64,000 nt of DNA from Candidatus Poribacteria bacterium (GCA_036339735.1 JAYZAL010000011.1:10157-74156), one strand, 5' to 3'; counted from the first letter of the stretch, positions 1-11,266 are shown. Notes: generated by a model not told the origin, from the sequence alone. A program made the numbers and translations.

Positions 1-185
1 GTATTGAGCGAGAGAATCTTGAATTTCACGAACGGGTACAAAACGGGTATCTGGCTATTGCAAAAGAAGGCACTAATCGAATAAAAATTATTGACGCTAC
101 TCAGCCGATTGACGTCATATTTAACGAGATCTGGTCCATACTTAAAGTTAAAATTCCTTTAATCAAGGTTAACCATGACCAGTGA
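1..185 (+). CDS. tmk: Thymidylate kinase, C-terminal fragment (partial at window edge)
   Basis: Frame 3 reads IERENLEFHERVQNGYLAIAKEGTNRIKIIDATQPIDVIFNEIW..., a typical dTMP kinase C-terminus. Stop TGA at 183-185 overlaps holB, the classic tmk-holB synteny. Confidence 0.85.
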   Translation, partial: IERENLEFHERVQNGYLAIAKEGTNRIKIIDATQPIDVIFNEIWSILKVKIPLIKVNHDQ

Positions 186-1173
186 TTCAATTTTCGGACA
201 CCAACAAATACAAAGCCAACTTTACAACGCAATTGAAACAGGTAGAGTTGCAGGAGCATATTTATTCGTTGGTATGGAGGGGTTAGGAAAAGAGAAAGTG
301 GCTCTGGATTTTGCTCAATCGATTAATTGCCTTGACTATCAGCATAATAGCAATCAGGAAGAAGGGGGGGCTTGCCAACAGTGCCTTTCCTGCAAAAAAA
401 CAAGAGCAGGCAATCACCCTGATTTTGCGATTATTAGACCGGATGGTAATCATCTTAAAATAGACCAAATCCGTTCTATCCAAAGCCAAATCGTATTTCG
501 CCCCCTTGAAGGAAAACGGAAAATTTATCTATTGACAGAAGTTGAAAAGATGAATTTAGAGGCTGCTAATTGCCTGCTGAAAACATTGGAAGAACCACCC
601 GCAGAGTCAACACTGATTTTAGTTGCAAATAACATGGACGCTCTGTTGCCAACTATTCGCTCCCGGTGCCAAATCTTATCTTTTCAACCAATGGAAGTCA
701 GCGATTTAGCGAAAATCCTAGTTGATCAGTTTGATCTTGATCTAGGTAAGGCAACGGCAGTTTCTGTGCGAACGCAAGGTGCAATAGGCAAAGCTTTTTC
801 TATTTGTCAAACGGAAGAAACTGTCGAGGTGGATCAGGTTCCGGAAATTCTCACTACTCTTGATCGTTTATCTGCTTTCAGAATTGCTGAGTACATAAGT
901 GAAACCCCAGAAATACTAGACCAGCTTTTGACATGGTATAGAGATTTGTTACTCATCCACCAACAAGTCAATCCCCAACTGCTCACACACCAGCAAAATT
1001 TGTCACAACTAAAACAAATCGCCAGGAATTATTCTCGAATCCATTTGCAGAAAGCAATTGAAATTATTTTAGAGACCAAAAATCGAATTAATCGTAATGT
1101 CAATACTAATTTAGCTGTTGAAGTTATGGTATTCAATATACTACCACGGCCTAATGTCACAAATAACCCATAA
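175..1173 (+). CDS. holB: DNA polymerase III delta' subunit
   Basis: AYLFVG..GLGK, Zn cysteines CQQCLSC, HPD, AANCLLKTLEEP, LLPTIRSRC motifs. Confidence 0.95.
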   Translation: MTSDSIFGHQQIQSQLYNAIETGRVAGAYLFVGMEGLGKEKVALDFAQSINCLDYQHNSNQEEGGACQQCLSCKKTRAGNHPDFAIIRPDGNHLKIDQIRSIQSQIVFRPLEGKRKIYLLTEVEKMNLEAANCLLKTLEEPPAESTLILVANNMDALLPTIRSRCQILSFQPMEVSDLAKILVDQFDLDLGKATAVSVRTQGAIGKAFSICQTEETVEVDQVPEILTTLDRLSAFRIAEYISETPEILDQLLTWYRDLLLIHQQVNPQLLTHQQNLSQLKQIARNYSRIHLQKAIEIILETKNRINRNVNTNLAVEVMVFNILPRPNVTNNP

Positions 1174-3013
1174 ATTGACCCAATTGCCCTCTAAGACTGG
1201 TGTCTATTTAATGAAGGGTGCTGAGAATGTTGTACTTTATGTTGGTAAAGCTAACTCCTTAAGGGATCGTGTAAGATCGTATTTCACAGGTTCTAAACCT
1301 CACGCCCTGACCGGTTTGATGATACCATATGTCAGGGACATCGATTTTTTTATTACTAGTAATGAAGTTGAAGCTTTAATACTAGAAAATAACCTAATTA
1401 AAAAATACCAGCCGCTATACAATATTCGTTTGAAAGATGACAAAGGTTACCCATACCTACGAGTAACTACTAACTCGCCTTTCCCAGCTTTAAAAGTTGT
1501 GAATCGAATTTCTGAGGATGGTGCTCATTATCTAGGTCCTTTCGTGAAATCGCACGCCCTCCGAAAAACTGTCAAAGATTTAACCAAGATTTTTCCCGTT
1601 CGTACTTGTGATTTGGACCTGAAACCATCTGGTAATAATCATCGAGTCTGCCTAGATTATCATATCGGTAGATGTGGTGGGCCTTGCGCAGATTTGGTAA
1701 TGCCGGAAGAGTATGAAAAGGTCGTCAAAAATATGATGCGATTTTTCAATGGAAATACTACTTCTGTCATAAAAAGCCTAGTTCAAAAAATGGAGACTGC
1801 CGTAGCACATCTTGATTTTGAGAATGCAGCCAAATATCGAGACCAAATCACAACTATTCAACAGGCCATTAACCCACAAAACGTTGAAGATCCAATGGCA
1901 GAAGATGAAGACATTCTCGGAATCGCCCGATCTGGCAGACAAATGTGTGTGATACTAATGCTTGTGAGGAACGGTTCATTAGTAGATAGAGAAACATATT
2001 TTCTTTCTAATATTATTACTCAATCAGACACTTGGTTATCTGAATCTCTTACAGCATTTATTCAGCAGCACTATTCTGAGGCCGCATTTATCCCTAAATT
2101 CATTATCTTACCAACTGAAATTGACTCATTTGATACAATCCAAGAGTGGTTAACCGTAAGGCGTAATCAATTGACCGAGGGCAAATTGACAAGCAAAGTG
2201 AAATTACAAGTACCAAAACGAGGACGAAAACAACAACTCATAAGCCTAGCTCAGAAAAATGCCCAGCTAATTTTAGAAAAAAAAGATGCTACAGTAGTTG
2301 ATGGACAATCCAGATTATCAGACAAAATAGATCTGTTAGAAGACCTCCAAGAACTACTGAATCTGCCAAAAACCCCCAAACGGATTGAGGGATTCGATAT
2401 TTCCAACTTAGGTGATCAATTACCCGTAGCCTCGATGGTAGTAGCGGTCGAAGGCCAGCCCAAATACTCGGAATACCGCCGGTTTCGGATTAAAACAGTT
2501 AAAGGTCAAAATGATGTAAAAATGATGAAAGAAGTCATTCGACGGAGGTTTAATAAATCATTTCGAGGTCATAATCTCCCCGATTTGATACTGATTGATG
2601 GCGGTAAAGGTCAACTTAATGCGGCATGTCAAGTTCTCAATGAGCTCGAATTGGCGGACCTACCAATCATTGGTTTAGCAAAGAAAAACGAACATATCTT
2701 TATTCCAAATCGATCAATGCCTATAGTATTAAGGCATAATAATCCTACGTTGCATCTCATACAACGCTTGCGGAATGAAGCACATCGTTTTGCTCTCAAT
2801 TATCATCGAAAACTGAGACGATTAGCTTTAAAAAAATCGATTTTAACCCAAATCCCATTGGTGGGTGAAAAAAGGAAACAAGCTCTACTTTCCCACTTTG
2901 GATCAATTGAACAAATTCAAAAAGCGAGTATTAATGATCTACTTAGCATCAGCCAAATTGACCTGAAAGTGGCAGAAAATATATATCATTATTTCCACGA
3001 GTCAGGAACATAA
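1154..3013 (+). CDS. uvrC: Excinuclease ABC subunit C
   Basis: GIY-YIG (GVYLM..LYVGKA..LRDRVRSYF), Cys cluster, RIEGFDISN, PDLILIDGGKGQL, RNEAHRFA, HhH C-terminus. ATG 1154 preferred over the track start at 1118. Confidence 0.97.
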   Translation: MSQITHKLTQLPSKTGVYLMKGAENVVLYVGKANSLRDRVRSYFTGSKPHALTGLMIPYVRDIDFFITSNEVEALILENNLIKKYQPLYNIRLKDDKGYPYLRVTTNSPFPALKVVNRISEDGAHYLGPFVKSHALRKTVKDLTKIFPVRTCDLDLKPSGNNHRVCLDYHIGRCGGPCADLVMPEEYEKVVKNMMRFFNGNTTSVIKSLVQKMETAVAHLDFENAAKYRDQITTIQQAINPQNVEDPMAEDEDILGIARSGRQMCVILMLVRNGSLVDRETYFLSNIITQSDTWLSESLTAFIQQHYSEAAFIPKFIILPTEIDSFDTIQEWLTVRRNQLTEGKLTSKVKLQVPKRGRKQQLISLAQKNAQLILEKKDATVVDGQSRLSDKIDLLEDLQELLNLPKTPKRIEGFDISNLGDQLPVASMVVAVEGQPKYSEYRRFRIKTVKGQNDVKMMKEVIRRRFNKSFRGHNLPDLILIDGGKGQLNAACQVLNELELADLPIIGLAKKNEHIFIPNRSMPIVLRHNNPTLHLIQRLRNEAHRFALNYHRKLRRLALKKSILTQIPLVGEKRKQALLSHFGSIEQIQKASINDLLSISQIDLKVAENIYHYFHESGT

Positions 3014-3071
3014 AGTGGCTGACGATTTTTTGCTATCAGTAGATATTAGGAAAAGATAAGTAAGGAATTTT

Positions 3072-4040
3072 ATGAAAGTATTAATTGGGCCTAACGGAGA
3101 TATGGGTTTAGAAAGCTCTATTCCAGAATTATCAGATCAATTTTCAGACGTCGAGTTTCTGGTTTCCACTAGTTATGTTGAAGCCGCACAACAAGTTATT
3201 GATGTTGATATTATGGTAGGTTGGATAAACCAAGAAATACTTGAAGCCGCCAAAAATCTAAAATGGATACAATCAATTAGTTCTGGAACAAATTACTATT
3301 TGGATATTCCCGGATTAGTGGATAGCGATATCTTACTTACTAGTGCTAGTGGTACGCATGGTGCTTGCCTAGCGGAAAGTGCAATGGGAATGATTTTTGC
3401 CTTTACTCGTGGTATTCGAAAGTGTATTCAAAGCCAAAATACCAGGCAGTGGAGCGAGCATCGATATATTCGAAGCAACATGAGAGAATTAACTGGAAGT
3501 ACAATGGGGATAATCGGTTTCGGTGCTTCAGGTCGTGCATTGGCGAGACGAGCCTTCGCATTCGATATGAGGATCGTAGCTGTCGATATGTTTCCTAGTG
3601 ATAAGCCGGAATATGTTGATCATCTGTGGGGGATTGATCAACTCAGCGACCTTCTTCAAACTTCTGACTACGTAGTGATTATGGTCCCTTACACTGATCA
3701 AACAAAAGCCATGATTGGCACAGAAGAGTTAGCTGAAATGAAAACTTCTGCTATGTTAGTCATAATGTCCCGTGGGGGAATTGTTGATCAAGATGCTCTT
3801 TCCAAAGCTTTGAAAGATGGTCATTTATTTGCTGCAGCTTCGGATGTTTTCAGCCCAGAACCATTATCAACTAGCAGCGATTTGTGGGATCTTGAAAATA
3901 TGTTAATTACCCCACATATAGCTGGTGGAACCCAACTTGAAGGTCAATACGTTACCCAAATTTTTTTCGAAAATCTAAAACGGTTTGTCCGAGGTGATTA
4001 TGAGCTTAAAAACCTAGTTCACAAAAAACGGGGTTTTTAG
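3072..4040 (+). CDS. D-2-hydroxyacid dehydrogenase family protein
   Basis: GIIGFGASG Rossmann motif, SRGGIVD, DVFSPEPL, ITPHIAG. Confidence 0.9.
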   Translation: MKVLIGPNGDMGLESSIPELSDQFSDVEFLVSTSYVEAAQQVIDVDIMVGWINQEILEAAKNLKWIQSISSGTNYYLDIPGLVDSDILLTSASGTHGACLAESAMGMIFAFTRGIRKCIQSQNTRQWSEHRYIRSNMRELTGSTMGIIGFGASGRALARRAFAFDMRIVAVDMFPSDKPEYVDHLWGIDQLSDLLQTSDYVVIMVPYTDQTKAMIGTEELAEMKTSAMLVIMSRGGIVDQDALSKALKDGHLFAAASDVFSPEPLSTSSDLWDLENMLITPHIAGGTQLEGQYVTQIFFENLKRFVRGDYELKNLVHKKRGF

Positions 4041-4073
4041 TGGTAACGCAGTCTCTTACACGATATAGCAATC

Positions 4074-4445
4074 ATGGGAACTAATGAAATTGCCAATTCT
4101 TCCTTCCCTACCATGAAGTCGGGAGATTGGGTATATCAACTCCCACGATATCTACGATCAATTTTGCAAAATACCGAGCTGGGAGATGGCGAGCACTCGA
4201 GCGCAGATTTTATCGAAAAAATTCAAGAGGTCAATTACGTATTTGCACATGAAGAAGACTTCCCTTTGCTGTTTGAAGTCGGTAAATTATTGCTCATCGA
4301 GTTTGCCAAAATGTCGGAGTCAGTTATAAGTCTATCTAATCTTAAGGAGCCCGTCAATCCTCCGCAAGGTTCTGTGATAAGGGACAAAGAAGACATTGAC
4401 CTAGTTGAGAGAGCCTTGCCGCAGCCTATGATAGAGAATGATTAA
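4074..4445 (+). CDS. Hypothetical protein
   Basis: 123-aa ORF filling the gap; its stop overlaps the next start (TAATG). No recognisable motif. Confidence 0.55.
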   Translation: MGTNEIANSSFPTMKSGDWVYQLPRYLRSILQNTELGDGEHSSADFIEKIQEVNYVFAHEEDFPLLFEVGKLLLIEFAKMSESVISLSNLKEPVNPPQGSVIRDKEDIDLVERALPQPMIEND

Positions 4446-6259
4446 TGGCTTTTCTATGGCCTTTCAATACATTACTGTTTCCTCGACTCTCATTTCTATT
4501 TTTCCGATTTGGGGTTATCTGTTTTTTTGCAAATCCTATCCTTTGGTCGAGTCCAACAGTTAGTTCTACCGAAAGAACACAAACCTCGATCAGTTTGAAG
4601 GCTTGGGTATTCTTTTCGGATAAGGGGATAGATAATCAAAGTCTGAGTCCTGTCAAATTCCTTGATGAGCCAATCCTATCATTCTATCTATCAACCATCA
4701 AAGATCAGGGCGCTAAAATTTACCACCAAAGTCGATGGTTAAATGCCGTTTCTGCAAACATCCCATCTGAGAGTCACCAATCAATTTTATCTTTACCTTT
4801 TGTAAAATCAATTGAACCGGTTCGAAGTTACAGAAATATAGTTGAAACACCAGTATGGCTGAATCAAAAGCACAATATCTTTTCTGCTCCTAGCAAGGGA
4901 GAAAAAGAGAATTCAATTGAATATGGTTTGGCAAAAAAACAGGTCGAACACCTGCAAGCTGACTTTTTACACAAAAAAGGATATTGGGGTAAAACAGTCG
5001 TAATTGGCATACTAGATACTGGTTTTGATCTAAGCCACCAATCACTAAATAAAATTGAGGTACTAGACCAATGGGATTTTGTTAATAATGATCCTATAAC
5101 CAAGGACGAACCAGATCAGGATGATGTTGGTCAATCTGATCATGGGTCAATTATTTTGGGTGTTTTGGCAGCTAACACACCGCGGCAATTGGTTGGTCTA
5201 GCTCCTCAGGCAAAATACTTGTTAGCTAAAACTGAAAAAAATTGGCATAAGGGTATTGACTTTGAACGTCAGATTGAGGAGGATTGGTGGATCGCCGGGC
5301 TTGAATGGTTAGAGCAAAAAGGTGCCCAAGTAGTTAATAGCTCGCTTGGTTACGCTAATTGGTATAGCTTTTCAGATCTCGACGGTAAAACATCTAAAGT
5401 TACCATAGCAGCTAATATAGCATTAGAAAAAGGAGTACTTGTTATCAGTGCTAGTGGAAATTTGGGGGCGAAATTACCCGAGGATCAAAGACTTGGCCTG
5501 AAAGGTCGTGTCACAGTCCCAGCAGATGGATTTGATGTTTTAGCCGTTGGCTCTATCAATCGTTGGGGAAAACGTTCTGTTTTCAGTTCGCCGGGTCCTA
5601 CAGCGGATGGTAGAATTAAACCTGACTTGGTAGCTTTGGGTGAGGGAATTGCTAGCATCCGGCCACGTAGTCAATTTGGTTTTGCTACTAATCATCGTGG
5701 TACATCGCTTTCGGCACCTTTAATTTCTGGGGTGGCTGCCCTGTTGATTCAGGCTTTTCCAAGAGTTGCAGCTACTGATCTAGTATCCATACTTCGTAAT
5801 ACGGCAAGTAATTCAGCTCAACCTAATAACGAAGTTGGTTATGGTATAGTTCGTGCCGAATTGGCTCATCAGTCGCTACTAGATAAATTTCTTCATGTGG
5901 GCCAACCAGAACCGATTCCCGTTGATGAAAAAAAATTTCTAAAGACTCTATTTGGTCGAATCAAATCACCATTAATTAGGCCAAATTATCCCAATCCCTT
6001 CAATGCCGAAACATGGATTCCGTTTTCCTTACCTACTAATGGAAATGTCCAAATTAGCATCTATGATTTTGCGGGCTATTTAGTCCAAAAACTGCGAGTT
6101 GGTGAATGTGCTGCTGGAGATTACCTAGATACGAATCAAGCCGTTTACTGGGATGGTCGCGATAAATCAGGTCAGGCTATTACTAGTGGTAATTACTTCG
6201 CAGTACTTTCAGTCGATGGTAAAATTTACCCAGCAATGAAAATGACTCTTCAAGAGTAA
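4445..6259 (+). CDS. Secreted S8 (subtilisin) serine peptidase with C-terminal FlgD-Ig/secretion-CTD-like domain
   Basis: Catalytic triad ILDTG / DHGS / GTSLSAP; propeptide; C-terminal NYPNPFNAETWIPF...YWDGRD..G..ITSGNYF. Confidence 0.9.
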   Translation: MAFLWPFNTLLFPRLSFLFFRFGVICFFANPILWSSPTVSSTERTQTSISLKAWVFFSDKGIDNQSLSPVKFLDEPILSFYLSTIKDQGAKIYHQSRWLNAVSANIPSESHQSILSLPFVKSIEPVRSYRNIVETPVWLNQKHNIFSAPSKGEKENSIEYGLAKKQVEHLQADFLHKKGYWGKTVVIGILDTGFDLSHQSLNKIEVLDQWDFVNNDPITKDEPDQDDVGQSDHGSIILGVLAANTPRQLVGLAPQAKYLLAKTEKNWHKGIDFERQIEEDWWIAGLEWLEQKGAQVVNSSLGYANWYSFSDLDGKTSKVTIAANIALEKGVLVISASGNLGAKLPEDQRLGLKGRVTVPADGFDVLAVGSINRWGKRSVFSSPGPTADGRIKPDLVALGEGIASIRPRSQFGFATNHRGTSLSAPLISGVAALLIQAFPRVAATDLVSILRNTASNSAQPNNEVGYGIVRAELAHQSLLDKFLHVGQPEPIPVDEKKFLKTLFGRIKSPLIRPNYPNPFNAETWIPFSLPTNGNVQISIYDFAGYLVQKLRVGECAAGDYLDTNQAVYWDGRDKSGQAITSGNYFAVLSVDGKIYPAMKMTLQE

Positions 6260-6264
6260 ATTAA

Positions 6265-8049
6265 ATGGATATTCAACATATCATAAAATCGGTTAATGTG
6301 GACGCTGATGGGTTGCGTTCGGCTGTCCATCAGCTAATTCATAAGTCGGCAGTTGCGTTTAACCCGTCACATTGGAAACCAGAAGAAGCAAATAAACTTC
6401 GAAAAACCATTCTAGATCAGATTGTTTTTCGAGGTACCCCACCGGACTGGCGAACCTTCCCAACAAAGGTTGAAACGATTGATTGTATAGAAACAGATAA
6501 CGGTTATCAGATCGAAAAACTGCGTCTGGAAATTTTGCCAGACTTTTGGATTCCAGCTTTACTTTACCAACCACACTTACCTAAATTACATAAACTGAGG
6601 CCAGCTGTACTTAGTGTTAATGGCCATGTTGGTCCCCTTGGTAAATCGATAGAATTTGTTCAACGACGATGTATTAACCTTGCCAAACGGGGTATTATGA
6701 CCCTGCATCTAGAGTGGTTATCCTTTGGCGAACTAACAGATCCTAACTACACACATAATCGATTAGCCTATTTAGATTTATGTGGAGTTAGTGGTTTATC
6801 TGTTTTCTATCTAGCAATGCGAGGTGGATTAGATTTTCTATGGGAACATCCATTTGTCATCAAAAAGAAAATTGCTATGACGGGTCTTTCTGGAGGGGGA
6901 TGGCAAACAATTTTTTTGAGTGCCTTGGATCAGCGAATTTCAGTGGCTATACCTAATGCCGGGTACATCGATATTTCTAACCGGTTAACCCATGCTAGTG
7001 ATATTGGCGATTTGGAACAGAACCCAAATGATTTACTGACCTTGGCTGATTATACTCACTTGACGGCTCTTTTATCTCCTCGGCCAGCCTTATTAATTTA
7101 CAATCACCAAGATGATTGTTGTTTTGTAGCTGACCGTGCTAAGCCAGCCATTTACGACTCAGTAAAGTCGATTTACCGAACTTCAAATAACTTCGTTTTT
7201 TACAAAAACATTAGTCCTGGAACTCATAATTACGACGAAGATAATCGTAAACAACTGTACCATTTTCTGTGTAAGCACTTTGATTTGCCAATAATTCAGG
7301 ATGGTGGCCTAGAATTAGAAAGTGAGGTTTTGTCTTTTGAGGACTTAGTTGTTGGCTTACCTGATAAAACGGCTAATTTTAAAACAATAGCTAACAAAAT
7401 TATGTATCAAAAAAAATTGGAAGCAAGCCAATTGCCTCCAAAACTGCAACATATCCTCCGTTATCAATCAACCTCAGTGAGCCGAGTCGAACTGACCCAT
7501 CAGAAAGACAAGGGGGGGCAGTTAATTTTTGATAATGGCTTGCTAGCTGCTTTTTGCCAATTTAAGCCAGAAAGAGACACAAGAGATAATAATACAATAA
7601 TACTAATCGCGGACCAGGGATTCACGTCAATGATTACTGAAATCGAAAATCATTTAAATATGGGCAACTCAGTCTTAGCCGTTGAATTATTTCTTACTGG
7701 TCAGGTTATACCCACTGGAATGTCGGTTTATCATACGTCCATGTTACTTTCAACTTCTGGTCTTCGGGCTTTAGGTTTTCAAGTAGCTCAATTAGTATCC
7801 ATACTGGAGTGGTATCGTTATGTTTACAAATCTGAGCGACTAATCTTAGAAAGTAAAGGGAGAGTTACAGGGATTATTGCTCAACTAGCGAAACAACTTT
7901 ACTCCGGGCACTTAGAAAATAACATTGCAAAAGATCAGTTATTAAGCCTCCGAGATTTGATCGACAAAGAAATAGAATATGAACAGTGTCCGACGTTGTT
8001 TTGCTTTGATTTATTGGGGTACATGAACTCAAAATTACCCACAGGCTAA
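6265..8049 (+). CDS. Alpha/beta hydrolase (acetylxylan esterase-like)
   Basis: PAVLSVNGH, nucleophile elbow GLSGGG, DDCCF, GTHNY; degenerate second hydrolase-like half. Confidence 0.75.
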   Translation: MDIQHIIKSVNVDADGLRSAVHQLIHKSAVAFNPSHWKPEEANKLRKTILDQIVFRGTPPDWRTFPTKVETIDCIETDNGYQIEKLRLEILPDFWIPALLYQPHLPKLHKLRPAVLSVNGHVGPLGKSIEFVQRRCINLAKRGIMTLHLEWLSFGELTDPNYTHNRLAYLDLCGVSGLSVFYLAMRGGLDFLWEHPFVIKKKIAMTGLSGGGWQTIFLSALDQRISVAIPNAGYIDISNRLTHASDIGDLEQNPNDLLTLADYTHLTALLSPRPALLIYNHQDDCCFVADRAKPAIYDSVKSIYRTSNNFVFYKNISPGTHNYDEDNRKQLYHFLCKHFDLPIIQDGGLELESEVLSFEDLVVGLPDKTANFKTIANKIMYQKKLEASQLPPKLQHILRYQSTSVSRVELTHQKDKGGQLIFDNGLLAAFCQFKPERDTRDNNTIILIADQGFTSMITEIENHLNMGNSVLAVELFLTGQVIPTGMSVYHTSMLLSTSGLRALGFQVAQLVSILEWYRYVYKSERLILESKGRVTGIIAQLAKQLYSGHLENNIAKDQLLSLRDLIDKEIEYEQCPTLFCFDLLGYMNSKLPTG

Positions 8050-8088
8050 ACAGTATATTTTAACTTCAGAAAAGCGAGGGAAACTCTA

Positions 8089-8925
8089 ATGAGACTTGGT
8101 GGACCACTCTTTGGTGAATCAACAGATGCAGATAGTTGGATCAAGTTAGTAAAGAATCATGGTTACAGTGCCGCTTATTGCCCAGTCAGTTCCTCCGCTA
8201 GTGAACGTGAAGTTCAAGAATATGTGACAGCAGCCAAAGAAAACAATATTGTCATCGCAGAAGTAGGTGCTTGGAGTAACCCTATCAGTACTGATGTTAA
8301 GGAAAAAGAAACTGCTATTCAAAAATGCAAAGAATCCTTGGCCCATGCTGACAGGATGAAAGCATTTTGCTGTGTTAACATTGCTGGGGCTAGGGGAGAT
8401 AAATGGGATGGTCCATTTGCTGATAATCTGTTGCCTGAAACTTTCGATCTAATCGTAGAAACGACCCAAGAAATCATAGACTACGTACAACCTATCCACA
8501 CATATTACACTTTGGAAATGATGCCCTGGATATTTCCTGACAGCCCAGAAAGTTACGTGCAATTAATTGAAGCCATAGATCGGTCTCGTTTTGCAGTTCA
8601 TCTTGATCCTGTAAATATTGTTAATAGCCCAGCCCGCTATTTTTCGACAGGAGACCTAATTCGAAAGTGTTTTGAAATGCTTGGTCCGAAAATTAAAAGC
8701 TGCCATGGGAAAGACATTATCCTATCATCTAGCCTTACGGTCCATCTAGATGAAACCCGGCCAGGACTAGGACAACTTGACTACGTATCCTTTCTAACAG
8801 AGTTGGATAAGCTGCCCGCGGATACCCCCCTTATGTTGGAACATTTACCAACTGCTGAAGAATATAGGATGGCAGCCAAATACATTCGGTCGGTAGCTGA
8901 GAACAATAACATTACAATTACCTAG
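8089..8925 (+). CDS. Sugar phosphate isomerase/epimerase (xylose isomerase-like TIM barrel)
   Basis: LEMMPW, VHLDPVN, CHGKD, LMLEH metal ligands; GAGG RBS. Confidence 0.88.
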   Translation: MRLGGPLFGESTDADSWIKLVKNHGYSAAYCPVSSSASEREVQEYVTAAKENNIVIAEVGAWSNPISTDVKEKETAIQKCKESLAHADRMKAFCCVNIAGARGDKWDGPFADNLLPETFDLIVETTQEIIDYVQPIHTYYTLEMMPWIFPDSPESYVQLIEAIDRSRFAVHLDPVNIVNSPARYFSTGDLIRKCFEMLGPKIKSCHGKDIILSSSLTVHLDETRPGLGQLDYVSFLTELDKLPADTPLMLEHLPTAEEYRMAAKYIRSVAENNNITIT

Positions 8926-9586
8926 TCACTCGTTCAACTTCAGCCATTAGGCCTCTTACCTTTTCTCTATCTCTTTTACCTCTGGACATTTCTACCCCGG
9001 AGCATAAATCTATGCCGCTAGGTTGCACGACTCGGATAGCCTCCGCTACATTCTGTTGATTGAGACCGCCGGATAGAAAAACTGGCAACGGACAGTTTTT
9101 TGTAATCTCTGCCGCAACCTCCCAGTCCGCTGTCTTTCCAGTACCACCAAACCGATTTTGGCTTAAATCAACAGTATCCAATAAGATCGAGTTAGCTCCA
9201 GCATCTACGTAACTTATTGCCTGTCCTGTCAATTCAGCAGCATTAGTAGTCTTACCGACTGGCATGAACAAAGATTTCCATATCTCAACCTCAGTATTTT
9301 TTTTCAACTCATTTACTTGGGCCGGGGATTCGTAGCCTAAAAGTTGAACGGCAAATGGGGAAATCCTGTCAACTGCAGATAAAATCCAATCTGTTGTTTG
9401 GTCAAAAAATAACACTACAGTTGGGATCAAGGTTTGCTGACGTAATTGTTTTGCTTGATCTACTGTTATAGAACGTTCTGAAAAAGAGACCTCAACTACA
9501 AGCCCAGAGTAGTGGGCTCCATAGTCAACAGCCATTTGCGCATCATCTACTGTAGTTGTACCACAGAGTTTGACAAGATAGGTCAC
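8918..9586 (-). CDS. trpF: Phosphoribosylanthranilate isomerase
   Basis: VKLCGTT, LLDT..FGGTGKTADW, FLSGGL, GIDLCSGVE motifs. Confidence 0.92.
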   Translation of the reverse strand: MTYLVKLCGTTTVDDAQMAVDYGAHYSGLVVEVSFSERSITVDQAKQLRQQTLIPTVVLFFDQTTDWILSAVDRISPFAVQLLGYESPAQVNELKKNTEVEIWKSLFMPVGKTTNAAELTGQAISYVDAGANSILLDTVDLSQNRFGGTGKTADWEVAAEITKNCPLPVFLSGGLNQQNVAEAIRVVQPSGIDLCSGVEMSRGKRDREKVRGLMAEVERVTR

Positions 9587-9611
9587 CTACTGAAATTCCT
9601 CCAATAATTAT

Positions 9612-10850
9612 TTACCAAATTAGCAAGCCAACGATAGTTCCTGTCATGTTAGCTGCAAGAAAACCTGCAATCATCGAGCGAAGACCAATTTTTGCTAAGT
9701 CAACTCTTCGTTCCGGTGCAATTCCCCCAATTCCACCAATCTGTATCGCAACCGAAGCAAAGTTAGAAAAACCACACAGTGCATAAGAAAGAATAATTAT
9801 GCTTCGTTCCGAAAAAATATCATTAGGTATCTGTTGTGCAAAGTTTTTATAGGCGATCAATTCGGTCAGTACAATCTTTTCACCTAACAGCGCACCTGCA
9901 GATAGGGCTTCTGAGTATGGAATTCCCATTAGGATGGCAAATGGAGCAAAAAGGTAGCCAAAAATTTGCTCAAGACTGAGATCAACGATCGAAAGAATCC
10001 CATTGACAAGAGCGACTAGAGCTACAAAAGCAACTAACATAGCAGCAACATTAAGTGCTAGGTACATTCCTTCTGTTGCTCCTCGGCTTGCCGCTTCTAT
10101 TAAGTTAGAATCAGTCCGCTCAATTGTAATTTGTTTTGTGTTTGCAGTAACAGGCGTTTCTGTTTCAGGAATCATGATTTTTGAAATTGCTAAAGCAGCC
10201 GGAGCACTCATCACGCTAGCTGCCAATAAATGGCCAGCAATATTGGGAACCTGATCGGATAGCATTCGAATATAAATCGCCATCACTCCCCCCGCAATAG
10301 TCGCAAACCCTCCCGTCATCACCGCCATTAATTCGCTCTGAGTCAAATCTTTGACAAATGGTTTGATGATAAGTGGCGCTTCTATCTGCCCTACAAAAAT
10401 ATTGGCTGATGTACAAAGTGTTTCGGCCGCCGATGTTTGCATAGTTTTCCGCATCAACTTCGCAAAGATAGAAGTGATCAGACCCATTAGGCCAATATGA
10501 TACAGAATAGACATGAAAGCAGAGAAAAAAATTATTGTAGGTAGAACCCGGAAGGCAATGTTTAACATCGGTGCCTCAACCGAATCCGTCACGAAGGAGG
10601 CAAAAATAAAATCAGCCCCCTTATCAGAATACGCTAGGAGCTTAGTAAAAAAATCATCAAACAAACGAAAAAATACTTCACCAAATCTGAAATTACCTAC
10701 TCGACCGTATAAAATACAAATAGCAAAAGTAACCTGTAAGCCAATTCCCCAAAATACTGGACGCCAATTGATCGATCGTCTGTTAGAACTCATCAGGTAA
10801 GCACAAGCTAATGGGAAAAAAACACCTACTAAACCAAAAAATTGTTCCAT
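9612..10850 (-). CDS. CNT/NupC-family Na+/H+ nucleoside symporter
   Basis: VLPTIIFFS, ANIFVGQIEAP, GFATIAGGV, ASVMSAPAA, YALCGFSNF motifs. Confidence 0.93.
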   Translation of the reverse strand: MEQFFGLVGVFFPLACAYLMSSNRRSINWRPVFWGIGLQVTFAICILYGRVGNFRFGEVFFRLFDDFFTKLLAYSDKGADFIFASFVTDSVEAPMLNIAFRVLPTIIFFSAFMSILYHIGLMGLITSIFAKLMRKTMQTSAAETLCTSANIFVGQIEAPLIIKPFVKDLTQSELMAVMTGGFATIAGGVMAIYIRMLSDQVPNIAGHLLAASVMSAPAALAISKIMIPETETPVTANTKQITIERTDSNLIEAASRGATEGMYLALNVAAMLVAFVALVALVNGILSIVDLSLEQIFGYLFAPFAILMGIPYSEALSAGALLGEKIVLTELIAYKNFAQQIPNDIFSERSIIILSYALCGFSNFASVAIQIGGIGGIAPERRVDLAKIGLRSMIAGFLAANMTGTIVGLLIW

Positions 10851-11236
10851 TCTGTTACGTATTTTTTTGTAAGTTAGTTTTCATAAAGTCAAAAAGCGAA
10901 AGCTCATTATTCTCGCTGGTCTACAGGAGGCTTTTTCCATAATCTGACTTTTAGATTTCTATGATTAGCATCGATCACAGAGAAAAACCAGTTTTACGCT
11001 AGCAATATCCCTCAGAATTATCACACAATGTAATTTTTTTTTCAAAGTTTGCTAGGAAAATTACCCCAAAAAATTCAATAATAACCTAGGAACCATAAAT
11101 ATTAGGACTTTAGATAAAAGATTAATAACACTACCCAACAGTATGACCACAACTACTGTCGATTCTAACTAACAAATAGAACAATTGTGTATCTGTTATT
11201 CAAATGATAGAATTACCCTAGTTGTCGTTGCAATCT

Positions 11237-11266
11237 TTGCTTAACTTTCTGACCGGAGAATATAAT
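11237..11266 (+). promoter_or_regulatory. Putative sigma70 promoter for the 11357 gene
   Basis: TTGCTT-18nt-TATAAT. Confidence 0.45.
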